This document shows positions 8,101-20,100 of a DNA stretch of 32,038 bases, piece by piece (within the stretch, counting starts at the first letter, position 1; each line of letters begins with the position of its first letter). The notes beneath the pieces are model-generated. The model ran no database searches. It saw nothing but the letters and a program-made list of their open reading frames with translations, and was not told where the DNA came from. The stretch is from Candidatus Deferrimicrobium sp. (GTDB taxonomy: Bacteria; Acidobacteriota; Aminicenantia; UBA2199), in contig DATGXF010001204.1 in NCBI GenBank assembly GCA_035299165.1, positions 1 to 32,038 on the forward strand, written 5' to 3'. Made by a program: the position numbers and the translations under genes.

Positions 8101-11100
8101 TCGATTTTCATATTTATGAATCAGTGGAATATGACGAAAAAACCGACGCTGGGGCCGTTAATCGTAACCGGCAGCGTCTATCGATTTCCGGCTATGTGAA
8201 AACAAATACCTTGTTGGATTTCCATGTAGATTTTACGTTGGGAAGATTCGTCGTAACAATTAATTATACAAATTCCACATTTACAGGGGATGAGATAAAG
8301 ACATTGGCTTATTATTTCGAACAGGTTTTAAAAACCATTATTACCAGGCCCATTGAAGTCATAAGCAAAGATGAAATTATATCTCCAGGGGAAAGAGAAA
8401 AATTGTTATACAAGTTTAACCAGACAGAAGCGGATTATCCCAACTCAACAACCCTACAGGAGTTATTCCATAAGCAGGTAGAGCGCACCCCTTACCGAGT
8501 GTCCCTGCTGGGAGGCGAAAACAACACGCGCAGAAAGCAGCAAATAACTTATAATGTATTGAATGAAATATCCGGGCGATTGGCGCATGTATTAAGAACG
8601 AAAGGAGTTAAGGAAGACCGGGTGGTAGGAATCATGGTGGAACGGTCTATCGAATTTATTACCGGCGTTTTCGGAATATTAAAAGCGGGCGGCGCGTATT
8701 TACCAATGGATCCGGTGCACCCGGCAGCACGGAACAGGTATATGCTTCAAGATAGCAGGGCGGAGCTTCTATTAACTACAAAAAAAACAGCAGCAAAAAT
8801 AGCGTTTGACAGGCAAATGATCTATATTGACGATCTAAATATTACTCCTGGATTTTTCCCTGACCCGGTAGAATCTTCTGCAACGGGGGCAGGCAGCATC
8901 GCATATATTATTTATACTTCCGGTTCTACCGGGAAGCCGAAGGGAGTTCTTATCGAGCATAAAGCAATAGTTAACCGGCTTCATTGGATGCAACAACGAT
9001 ATCCAATCGATGGGGGGGATACGTTGTTGCAAAAGACACCTTTTACATTTGACGTGTCGGTTTGGGAGATATTCTGGTGGTCCCTGGTGGGGGGGCGGTT
9101 ATGTATGTTGGTGCCGGGAGGCGAAAAGGACCCTGGCGTTATTATCGAAGTGGTTCAAAAAAATCGGGTTACGGTAATACATTTTGTACCTTCCATGTTA
9201 GCTGTACTTTTGGATTTTCTGAGCGAAAGTGGCGACGCTTATAAATTGTCTTGTTTAAAACAGGTAATCACAAGTGGAGAAGCTTTGACCCTTGCCCATG
9301 TGAGTCATTTCAATGCAGTATTAGGACAGCGGTATAATATAAAATTGGCTAATTTTTATGGACCCACCGAGGCAACGGTAGATGTTACCTTTTTCGATTG
9401 TCCTCTTGGAGAGGCGATGGACATAGTGCCCATCGGCAAACCAATCGATAATATTTTCTTATATATCCTAGATAAGCATGGCCAACTTCAGCCTCCCGGT
9501 GCGTCGGGAGAGTTATGCATTACCGGGACCGGTTTGGCCAGAGGGTATATAAATAATCCTGGCTTGACTAATGAAAAATTCAAAACAGTTCAACAATGGA
9601 ATGGATTAAACAAAAATTTTTCAGGGGGTCCAGGGGGGCGGTTTTTTAAAAAAGCCCCCCTGGCACTTTACAAAACCGGTGATCTAGCGCGTTGGCTGCC
9701 GGACGGTAACATCGAATTCCTGGGTCGGATTGACCGGCAGATAAAAATACGTGGCAACCGTATCGAATTGGGGGAGATCGAGAATCGGTTATTAGAATAC
9801 CCACAGGTAAAAGAAGCCGCAGTTGAAGCAAATTTATGCGCTTATTTTGTGCCCCAGGTTGGCGCCGACATTTCCATTAGCCAGCTAAGAGAATATTTGC
9901 AGCAGCATTTACCGGGATATATGGTTCCTTTACATTATGTCAGACTAGAGGCGATGCCATTGACTCCCAGTGGGAAGATCGACAGGAAATCGTTACCGGC
10001 CCCAGAAATAATTACAGATCAATCATATCTAGACCCCCAGGATGAGATAGAAAAAAAATTGACAGGAATCTGGGCGGAAGTATTAAATATAACCAAACCA
10101 ATAAGTAGCATCGCCAATTTTTTCGAATCCGGGGGACATTCTTTAAATGCTGTGGCGTTAATTTCACGAATACATAAAGCTTTCGATGTAAAGATAACTC
10201 TCGAGTCGTTATTTAAAAACCCCACCATCCAGAAAATCGCGGCACATTTAAAGGCAGCACAACCTGATAAATTTTTAGTGATCCCGGCAGTAGAAAAAAA
10301 AGAATTTTATCCGCTGTCATCCGCTCAGGAGCGGTTGTATTTCCTCCAGCAAATGATAGGAGCAGAAACGGTTTACAATATCCCGCTTGTCATGCTGCTG
10401 CATGGTCCAATAGATAGGGCGGCGTTGGAACGGGCCTTCAATCGCTTGATCCAGCGTCATGAAAGTTTTAGAACATCTTTCCATGTAGTGAGTGGTGAGA
10501 TTGTGCAAAAAGTCCATGACAATGTGAAATTTGAAATCGAAATATTAGCGGACAAGGGGCAGCAGGAAGAACTAAATGCTTTGGTCCGGCCCTTTGAACT
10601 ATCGAAAGCGCCATTGTTGAGGGTAGGATTGATAAAAAAAACCACCGAAGAATATATCCTGGCGCTGGATATGCATCATATCATAGTGGATGGAGTATCT
10701 TTTACTGTACTGGTAAGGGATTTTATGCAGTTATATGAGAAGAATGAATTGCCGCCAATGAGAGTGCAGTATAAAGATTTTGTCCAATGGATGCGGATGG
10801 ATTTACAGGAAGAAATGATCCGGCGGCAGGAAACCTACTGGGTGAAGGAGTTTGCGGGAGATGTCCCGGTATTATCGCTTCCTACCGATTATTTGCGGCC
10901 GGCTATCCAGAATTTTGAAGGGAGTTCGTTAGGATTTGTGATAGATGCAGAAATTGCCGGGTTATTGGAGAAGTATGCCCTGGAGCAAGAAACAACAGTA
11001 TATACTGTACTGTTATCCTTATATTATATTCTCCTGGCCAAACTCGCCAGCCAGGAAGATATTGTTATAGGAATCCCGGTGGCCGGGAGAAACCATGCTG

Positions 11101-14100
11101 ACCTGGAAAATATCATTGGTATGTTTGTCAACACCCTGGCGCTCAGGAATTATCCCAATGGCAACAAAAGTGTTAAACGATTTTTAGCAGAAGTTAAAGA
11201 AAACCTCCTGGCTGGTTTAGGGAACCAGGATTATCCAATTGAAGATTTGATCGAAAAAGTATACACCAGCCGGGATACAAGTCGTAATCCTTTGTTTAGT
11301 ACGGTATTCGTCATGCAAAATGTGGACATGGCAAACAGACCGAAGGTGGAGAATCCAGGCCTGAGAATAAGTCCCTACAATTATGAGAACAAAACTGCTA
11401 AATTCGATTTAACACTACGGATAGTCGAAACAGGGAAGCGAATTGCTTGTGAATTCGAATACTGTACCCGGTTATTCGTCCAAAGTACGGTGAAACATTT
11501 CGTAGATTATTTTATTAATGCAGCTAATGCGCTTCGCCAGGGGATAGATATATCGATAGCTGACCTGGATATCCTCCCGGAGACGGAAAAACAACGATTG
11601 TTGTATGATTTCAATGAAACAGCAGCGGAATATCCGCGGGACAAAACCATCCATGGATTATTTACAGAGCAAGTAGAACAAACTCCAGATCTAATCGCGG
11701 TTGTTGGTTCAACTGTAGAGACGCCTCTACAAATAACTTATCGCCAATTGAATGAGCAATCCAACCGATTGGCCTATGTGTTACAAACAAGAGGAATAGA
11801 ACTCGATACCATTGTTGGAATTATGATGGAACGCTCAATTGAGATGGTGGCTGGGATGATAGGCATATTAAAATCCGGGAGTGCATATTTACCTATTGAT
11901 CCCGAATATCCTGGGGAACGAATCAAATATATGTTGAAAGATAGTGGCGTAAAACTATTGGTTATGACTAACCATAAAGAAAGTGAGAAAATCGGGCAGT
12001 GGGAAGGTGAGAAAAATCTCGAAATAGTCTTTTTTGATTCTCTTTCCTTCTCTTCTTCTCTCTTAACTTCTTATCTTCCTAACTTCCCAACTTCCCATTC
12101 GTTCAATCTTGCTTATGTCATTTATACCTCCGGTACCACGGGCCAACCGAAAGGGTCACTCATTGAACATCGAAATGTTGTCCGCCTACTGTTTAACGAT
12201 AAATTCCAATTCGATTTTACAGACTACGATGTATGGACACTGTTTCATTCCCTTTGTTTCGATTTTTCCGTGTGGGAGATGTATGGTGCATTGCTGTATG
12301 GAGGGAAATTGGTTATAGTGCCCAAAATGGTAGCTATGGACACAATCGGGTTCTTAGAACTTTTAAATAGAGAAGCTGTTACCGTATTAAACCAGACCCC
12401 TTCGGCTTTTTATAACTTGATAAATGAAGCGTTAAGCCCCTACCGGGAAGGGAAAAAATTATATATAAAATATGTCATTTTTGGTGGGGAAGCCTTAAAT
12501 ACGTTAAAATTGAGAGATTGGCTGGCAAAGTATCCCCAAACCAGTCTTATCAATATGTTCGGTATTACGGAAACCACCGTGCATGTGACCTATAAAGAAT
12601 TAAACCAAAAAGATGTTGAATTAAGCATCAGCAACGTTGGTAAACCAATCCCGACGTTGAAGGTTTACATATTGGATAAGTATTTAAAACAGGTTCCTGT
12701 AGGGGGTGAAGGAGAGATATATGTAGGCGGAGATGGCGTTGCCAGGGGATATTTGAATCGACCTGAATTAACATCAAATAAGTTTATCAATATTCATCAT
12801 TCATCATTCGATATTCCACGCATTCATGATCCAAAGTTATACCGTACCGGTGACCTGGCCAGGTATCTTAGCAATGGCGATATGGAGTACCTGGGTCGCA
12901 TCGATCAACAGGTAAAAATCCGGGGATTTCGAATTGAATTAGGAGAGATTGAAAATCGCTTAACAAAAATTGCCGGGATAAAAGAGGCCGTTGTCATCGA
13001 TCGAGAAGATGAACCCGGCGATAAATATTTATGTGCTTATATCGTCTCAAAAAAGGCAGTGATTGTCACAGAAATAAGAGAATATCTGACCGGGAATTTA
13101 CCGGATTATATGATACCGAGTCATTTCCTGCAAATCGATAAAATCCCCATAACTGCAAATGGGAAAATAGACCGGAAAGCATTGCCCAAACCGGGATTGA
13201 AGTTAAGTGACAGTTATATTGCGCCTCAAAGTGCACTAGAAAAGCAATTGGCCAGACTATGGGCCGATGTATTAGGAATAGAAGACAATATCGGCAGCGA
13301 TGATAACTTTTTTGAATTAGGTGGGCATTCATTAAGAGCGACGGTGTTAATTGCCAGGATGCACAAAGAATTCCATGTTAAAGTGCCGTTAGTTGAAATA
13401 TTCAGAATACCCCGGCTCAAGGAATTAGCGGTATATATCAAAGGAAAAAAGAAAGAAATCTATAACGCGATAGAACCTTGCGAAGCGAAAGAATATTACG
13501 CCCTTTCCCCAGCGCAGAAACGGTTATACATCCTACAGCAATTGGTGCCGGGTAATACCGGTTACAATATGCCTAATGTTATTCCTCTGGCTGGATATGT
13601 TGAAAAAGAGAAATTAGAATCCGTGTTTAAAGAATTAATAAAAAGACATGAAAGCTTAAGAACCTGTTTTATAAAAGTAAATGATGAACCGGTCCAGAGA
13701 ATAAATAAAGAGGTTGAATTTTCGATTGCTTGTATGAAAAGCCAGGCACCCGGTCGTCCTGATTTTGTCGGAACATTTGATTTAAGCCAGGCGCCTCTTT
13801 TACGGGTAAAACTTTTAACCGTTGATGCAACCAGTCAAATGCTTTTGATCGATATGCACCACATTATCACCGATGGAGTGTCCCAGGGTATATTGGAAAA
13901 AGAATTCATGATGTTATATGCCGGTGAAACATTGCCGACTTTGCGGCTCCAATATAAAGATTACTCCGAGTGGCAAAATAGTCGGCAGCAAAAGTTATTA
14001 ATAAAAGAACAAGAAACATATTGGTTGGAGTTATTTGCTGGAGATATCCCGGTGCTTAATCTAGCCATCGATTATCCACGTCCCATCATGCAGAGTTTCG

Positions 14101-17100
14101 AGGGAGCCAATGTACGATTCGTATTAACGGCAAACGAAAGCCGTGTTTTAAAAGAAGCGGCAGTTCAAACCGGTGCCACTTTGTATATGAGTATTTTATC
14201 CGTTTTTACCATATTACTTTCCCGGCTGAGCGGGCAGGAAGACATTATTGTCGGCGCCGCCATTGCCGCCAGAAGACATGCGGATTTAGAAAAAATCATC
14301 GGTATGTTTGTCAATACCCTGGCCATGAGAAACAATCCTGTTAGGGAAAAAAGTTATCGAGAATTTTTACTCGATCTTAAAGAACAAACATTAAAGGCTT
14401 ATGAGAACCAGGAATACCCTTTCGAAGAGTTGGTGGATAATATAACAGTAAGTAGGGATACCGGGCGTAACCCAGTGTTTGACGCCATGTTTAATTTATT
14501 GAATATCCAAGATTACAATGATAGAATCATCAACACCGGAACCGAAGAATATCAATCGACCCACCAGGAAGGAAACGCAAAATTCGATTTGACCTTAATA
14601 GGTGTTGACCTGGGCGAAAGGTTTCTCTTTGATATCGAATATTGTACCCGGTTATTTAAGCCCGAAACAATCGACCGGTTCATTTCTTATTTTAAGAAAC
14701 TCCTGGATTCAATCTCCCAGGATATCGATAAAAAATTATGTGCATTGGATATCATAACCGAAGAAGAGAGGAACCGGGTTTTATATGAGTGGAACGATAC
14801 CAGAGTTGATTATCCGAAAGATAAAACCATCCATCAACTTTTTGAGGAACAAGTGGATGTGACACCGGATCACATTGCCGTTATCGGTTCCTGGGAAAGA
14901 GAAAAGGAGAATAGTGGTGTAGAGAATTTATCCGTAGCGTCTCTACATATTACATATTTACAATTAAACGAACAATCCAATCGATTGGCTTATGGGTTAC
15001 AAACAAAAAGAGTCGGACCCGATACTATTGTGGCAATTATGGCGGAACGGTCCGTTGAAATGATCATTGAAATACTTGGTATTTTAAAGGCAGGAGGCGC
15101 CTATTTGCCAATTGACCCGGAATATCCACAGGAAAGAATTGATTACATGTTGAAAGACAGTGGAGCCAAATTAATGAAAAGAAGGCACGCGCGTGCGTGC
15201 GCGGAAGAGTTCCTCGCTTCCTCGCTTCCTCGCTTTCTCGCTTCTGCTTCTTCAAATCTCGCTTACATTATATACACTTCGGGTTCTACGGGCAAACCCA
15301 AAGGCGTTATGGTTGAACATCATTCGGTAATAAACTTAATCCAAACAAGGGCTTACCGGTTTAAAACAGGTACCCCGGGACGGTTGTTATTAGCTACTTC
15401 GATTTGTTTCGATGCCTCGGTAGAGCAAATATTTGCCGCCTTATTTTTCGGAAATGTATGCGTTGTGGCAGCCAAAGAAACGCTGTTGGGAAAGGAACTG
15501 CTTAATGGGTTTCTTAAGCAGCATGCTGTGACATATTTAACTGTTGTACCTTCTATCCTGGCTTTAATTTCGGAAGATAACAATACTTTAAAAGGAATCA
15601 CGGTGGGTGGTGAACCTTGCCCGGTTTCGTTGGCCCGGCAATGGAGTAAACGTTGTATTTTTTATAATGAATATGGACCTACTGAGACGACAGTAACAGT
15701 ATTGGAGAAAAAAATCATTGCCGATGAGGAAAATACCTGGTGCTTGCCCCTGGGCAAACCTATTCCCAATATTCGTATTTTTATCCTGGATGCCGCCTTG
15801 AAGATTGTTCCCATGATGGTTAACGGTGAGTTGTTTATTGAAGGGGCAGGTGTTACCCGCGGCTATTTAAACAACCCGGAATTAACCAGGGGCTCTTTTA
15901 CTAATATCCTGAGGAAGTGTGCAGAAAAAACAAGCATTTGGGACATAGTCTTCAAGGAAGAAAGGCCCCAGGGCCGTGCAAAGGAGCTTGGGGCGCCGCC
16001 CCATTTTGAAAAAACACCCACTGGAATGGACCCTGTAAAACGTTTGTTTAATTACCACTCACCTCTCACTGCGCGCCACTCACCGTTCGTCACTCACCAA
16101 TCACCCATCTATAAAACCGGAGATTTAGCCCGCTGGTTGCCGGATGGCAATATTGAGTTCCTGGGAAGGATCGATCAACAGGTGAAAATCCGGGGATTTC
16201 GAATCGAATTAGGAGAGATTGAGAATTGCTTAGCAAAAATTGTCGGAATAAAAGAGGCTGTTGTCATTGATCGAGAAGATGAAACCGGCGATAAATATTT
16301 ATGTGCTTATATTGTTTTCACAAAAGAATATGAGATAACCGAATTACATCGGTACTTAGCAAAAGAGTTACCCGCTCATATGGTTCCCGCCTATTTTGTG
16401 CCGGTTGAGAAAATACCGCAGACTACGAACGGAAAAATCGATCGCAAATCGCTGCCTGAACCCAAAACAATGAGTCTAAAAGAAAATATTGCGCATACTG
16501 TTCCAACTACTGCCGTAGAGAAAAAATTGGTAAAAATTTGGCAGCGCGTATTGGGTAGAGACAATATTGGTATCGATGAAAATTTCTTTATGATCGGGGG
16601 CGATTCTATAAAATCCATCCAGATCATTTCCAGGATGAACAGCGAAGGATATCGGCTCGAGATGAAAGATATTTTCCAACACCCGGTAATATCTGAATTA
16701 GCTCCACTGGTAAAAAAATTAGAACGGGTACCGGATCAAAATGCCATTACCGGGACCATACTGTTAACTCCTATCCAACAAGTATTTTTTAGTAAAGATT
16801 ATACGGTTCCACATCATTTTAACCAGTCCGTCATGTTTTATTCCCGGGAAAGATTCGATGCTGATGCACTCAAGGAAGTATTTGCTAAGATCCAGGAACA
16901 CCATGATGCCTTACGTATGACCTATCGCTTCGACGTAGATGACGAAGATAAAGAAAATAAGAAAATCATTCAAACCAATCATAGCTTAGACTACCCGCTT
17001 TGTTTCGATGAATATGATTTAAAAAATCAACCCAATAGTTTAGAAGAACTCAATATTAAAGTGAACCAGATTCAAGCCGGCATTGACCTTGAAAAAGGAC

Positions 17101-20100
17101 CATTGATGAAATTAGGATTATTTCATCTTGATAGCGGCGATCGGTTGTTGGTTGTCATTCATCACCTGGTCATCGACGGCATTTCCTGGCGCATTTTGTT
17201 TCAAGATATTGAGACTTTATATAACCAGTATCGGCAGGGTAAAACTTTTGCCTTACCACACAAAACGGATTCCTTTAAACTTTGGTCGGAAAAGCTGTAT
17301 TTATATGCTAATGGTCAACCGTTTTTAAAAGAGAAGGACTACTGGGGTCAATTGGAAGCCAATATCGTACCTGGAATTCCCCAAGATTTCGAGGAAAAAG
17401 AGAATAATGCCGATGATACGGCGAATATTCGCAGTTTATCATTTAGACTTGAAGAAGAAGAAACCAATTTACTGCTGACCAGGGTGAATCATGCTTTCGG
17501 TACTGAAATTAATGATATATTGCTAACGGCATTGGGATTAGGAATGAAGAAAACCTTTGGGCAGGATAAAGTATTATTAGCGCTTGAAGGGCATGGCAGA
17601 GAAGAGATATTGGCAGAAACCGGTATCGATATCAGTAGAACCGTCGGTTGGTTTACCAGCATATACCCGGTATCAATGGATATGTCTTATTCAGGGGACC
17701 TGGGCCGGCAAATTAAGGAGATAAAAGAAAAATTAAGACGAATTCCCAATAAAGGTGTCGGCTATGGAATATTGAAATACCTCACCGATGAAAAAAATAA
17801 AAAAGAGATTGAATTTAAATTAAAACCCCAGATCAGTTTCAATTACCTGGGGCAATTTGATGCCGATGTAAAACAAATGTCCTCTTTTGAAATGGCCAAG
17901 GAATCTCCAGGAAATCCCATAAGTACTAAAAATAAAAGGGAATATGAATTCGATATAAACGGCATGATATCTTATAATCGCCTGGTAATAGGGGTGTCCT
18001 ACAATCATACCCATTTCAAAGCGGAAACCATGGCATCATTAACCGGTAATCTCCAATCTGAACTTCGTCGCATCATTTCTTATTGTTCTGTGCAGGAGAA
18101 AAGAGAATTTACTCCCAGTGATTTTACTTACAAAAGTTTATCGATAGATTATCTTAACCGGTTAATGCAATTGTACACCGATGTCGAAGATATATATCCA
18201 TTAACACCTATGCAAGAAGGGATGTTGTTCCATGCCCTGGTTGACGAAAAATCTCATTCCTATTTCGAACAAATGTCTTACCGGTTAGAAGGAAAATTGG
18301 ATATCCATCTCACTGAAAAAAGTTTAAATGAGTTGTTTAAACGTCACGAAATATTAAGAACGGCATTTATTTATGAAGAGGTTGAGCGTCCGCTGCAGGT
18401 AGTTTTATCCAAACGGGCCATCGATTTTTATTATGAAGATATCAGGAGCATTGACGATAAAAAAGAAAAAGAATTTTTTGTCGCTGAATTTAAAGAAAAA
18501 GATAAAAGACGTTCGTTCGTTTTAAGTAAAAGTGCGTTGATGCGCGTTTCGATTCTCCAGTTAGCGGATTCAGAGTACGAATTCATCTGGAGTTTTCATC
18601 ATATCTTAATGGATGGATGGTGTATCGGGATATTAAACAGCGAATTTTTCGAAATTTATTCTTCGTATTTAGGGAATAGGCCCTATCGTTTGCCGGATTT
18701 AAAACCCTACCGGACCTATATCCAGTGGCTGGAAAAACAAAATAAAGAAGCATCGCTCAGCTATTGGGAAAATTACCTGGATTCTTATGAAGAACAAGTA
18801 AGTATGCCCAGGACAAATATCATAAAAAACGAACCTGGGAAACTGGGCGAAATAAATCGACGAGTTTCGTTTTTATTAGACAGAGATAAGACGGTGGGAT
18901 TAAATAAATTGGCCGCGGTAAACAATGTTACGCTGAATGTTGTGACCCAGGTGCTGTGGGGAATTATCCTGGGTAAATATAACGGTAAAGAGGATGTGGT
19001 ATTCGGAGCTGTTGTTTCCGGTCGTACTTCCGAATTGGATGGGATAGAATCCATGGTGGGCTTATTTATTAATACCATCCCGGTGAGAATCCAATTTAAT
19101 GAACATATGAATTTTAATTATTTGTTGCAAAAAATCCAGCAAGAAGCCTTAACTGGTGAACCTTATCATTACAATCCATTGGCTGAAATTCAATCCATAA
19201 GTTCATTAAAACAAAATTTACTCGATCATATTTTTATATTTGAAAATTACCCCATTGCAGAACGAATCGAAGGTTACGGAAAAGAAGAAAATAAAAGTGG
19301 CAAGTCACTATCAGTGCGCCTTTTAGATGTAGAAATTTTTGAGCAAACAAATTATGATTTTAATGTTTTATTGGGAGGCTCAGATCAATTAAGTATTATA
19401 TTTCAATATAATGCTAATGTGTATGAGAGGAGTTTTGTGGAACGGATTGGCCAACATTTCAGTCTTGCCGTTGACCAGGTAATTAAAAATGGGGGATTAG
19501 AGATAAAGAAACTAAACCTTCTTACCGAGGAAGAGAAGAGCTTATTACTATACCGGTTTAACAATACAGCGGTGGAATATCCCAAAGATAAATCTATCCA
19601 TCTCTTGTTTCAAGAACAGGCTGAACAAATTCCGGATAGTATTGCTCTCATTGGTCCATTATTATCGATAGAAGAAAACGGTTTAACGTCTTTAAACACA
19701 AATGCTGCCAATATGTTAATCCAGCAATCATATAATGAATTGAATAAACAATCCATTCGATTGGCTCATATGTTACAAACAAAAGGAGTTGGACCCGATA
19801 CTATTGTGGCAATTATGATGGAACGGTCTGTTGAAATGATTATCGGCATACTGGGTATATTGGCGGCAGGGGGCGCCTATTTACCCATTGATCCGGAATA
19901 TCCGCAAGCACGTATCGATTATATGTTGAAAGACAGCGGAGCCAAATTAATGATAGGAAGGGGAGAAGAACGGAAGAGCAGAAGAGCGGAAAGAAATTTT
20001 ATATATATTTCTTTTTCTTCAAACCATGCTTCCTCAAATCTCGATTCCTCGCTTCCTCGCTTCCATAATTCCGATTCTTCAAACTCCGCTTACGTCATCT

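Larger units (their letters stand above)
11640..13190 (+). other. A domain, module 3, predicted Thr
   Basis: YTSGTTGQPKG, CFDFSVWEMYGAL, NQTPSAF, IFGGEAL, NMFGITETTVHVTY. Code DFWNIGMVHK (Thr). Confidence 0.85.
14820..16470 (+). other. A domain, module 4, substrate unassigned, with ~70-aa insertion between A6 and A7
   Basis: YTSGSTGKPKG, ICFDASVEQIF, NEYGPTETTV, YKTGD, KIRGFRIELGEIE, TNGKIDRKSL. Code DAETTGEVTK, the same pocket family as the A domain of NRPS-1. Confidence 0.85.

Noticed and set aside
7041-8350. Module 1 C-like domain as a heterocyclization (Cy) or dual E/C domain
   Set aside because: The active-site motif is HHAILDGWS, not DxxxxD. There is no additional N-terminal HH(I/L)xxxxGD motif and no EGHGRE. 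It is kept only as an atypical C domain.
9062-9244. Short plus-strand ORFs in alternative frames (9062-9244, 12109-12318, 17128-17328, 21745-21972, 23372-23560, 25271-25492)
   Set aside because: They are embedded out of frame in NRPS-2 with nonsense-like translations, and I found no independent support.
9630-9663. The GC-rich stem-loop as a Rho-independent terminator
   Set aside because: It lies inside an uninterrupted reading frame that continues with conserved A7-A10 motifs, and no U-tract follows the stem. The T6 run is in the loop.
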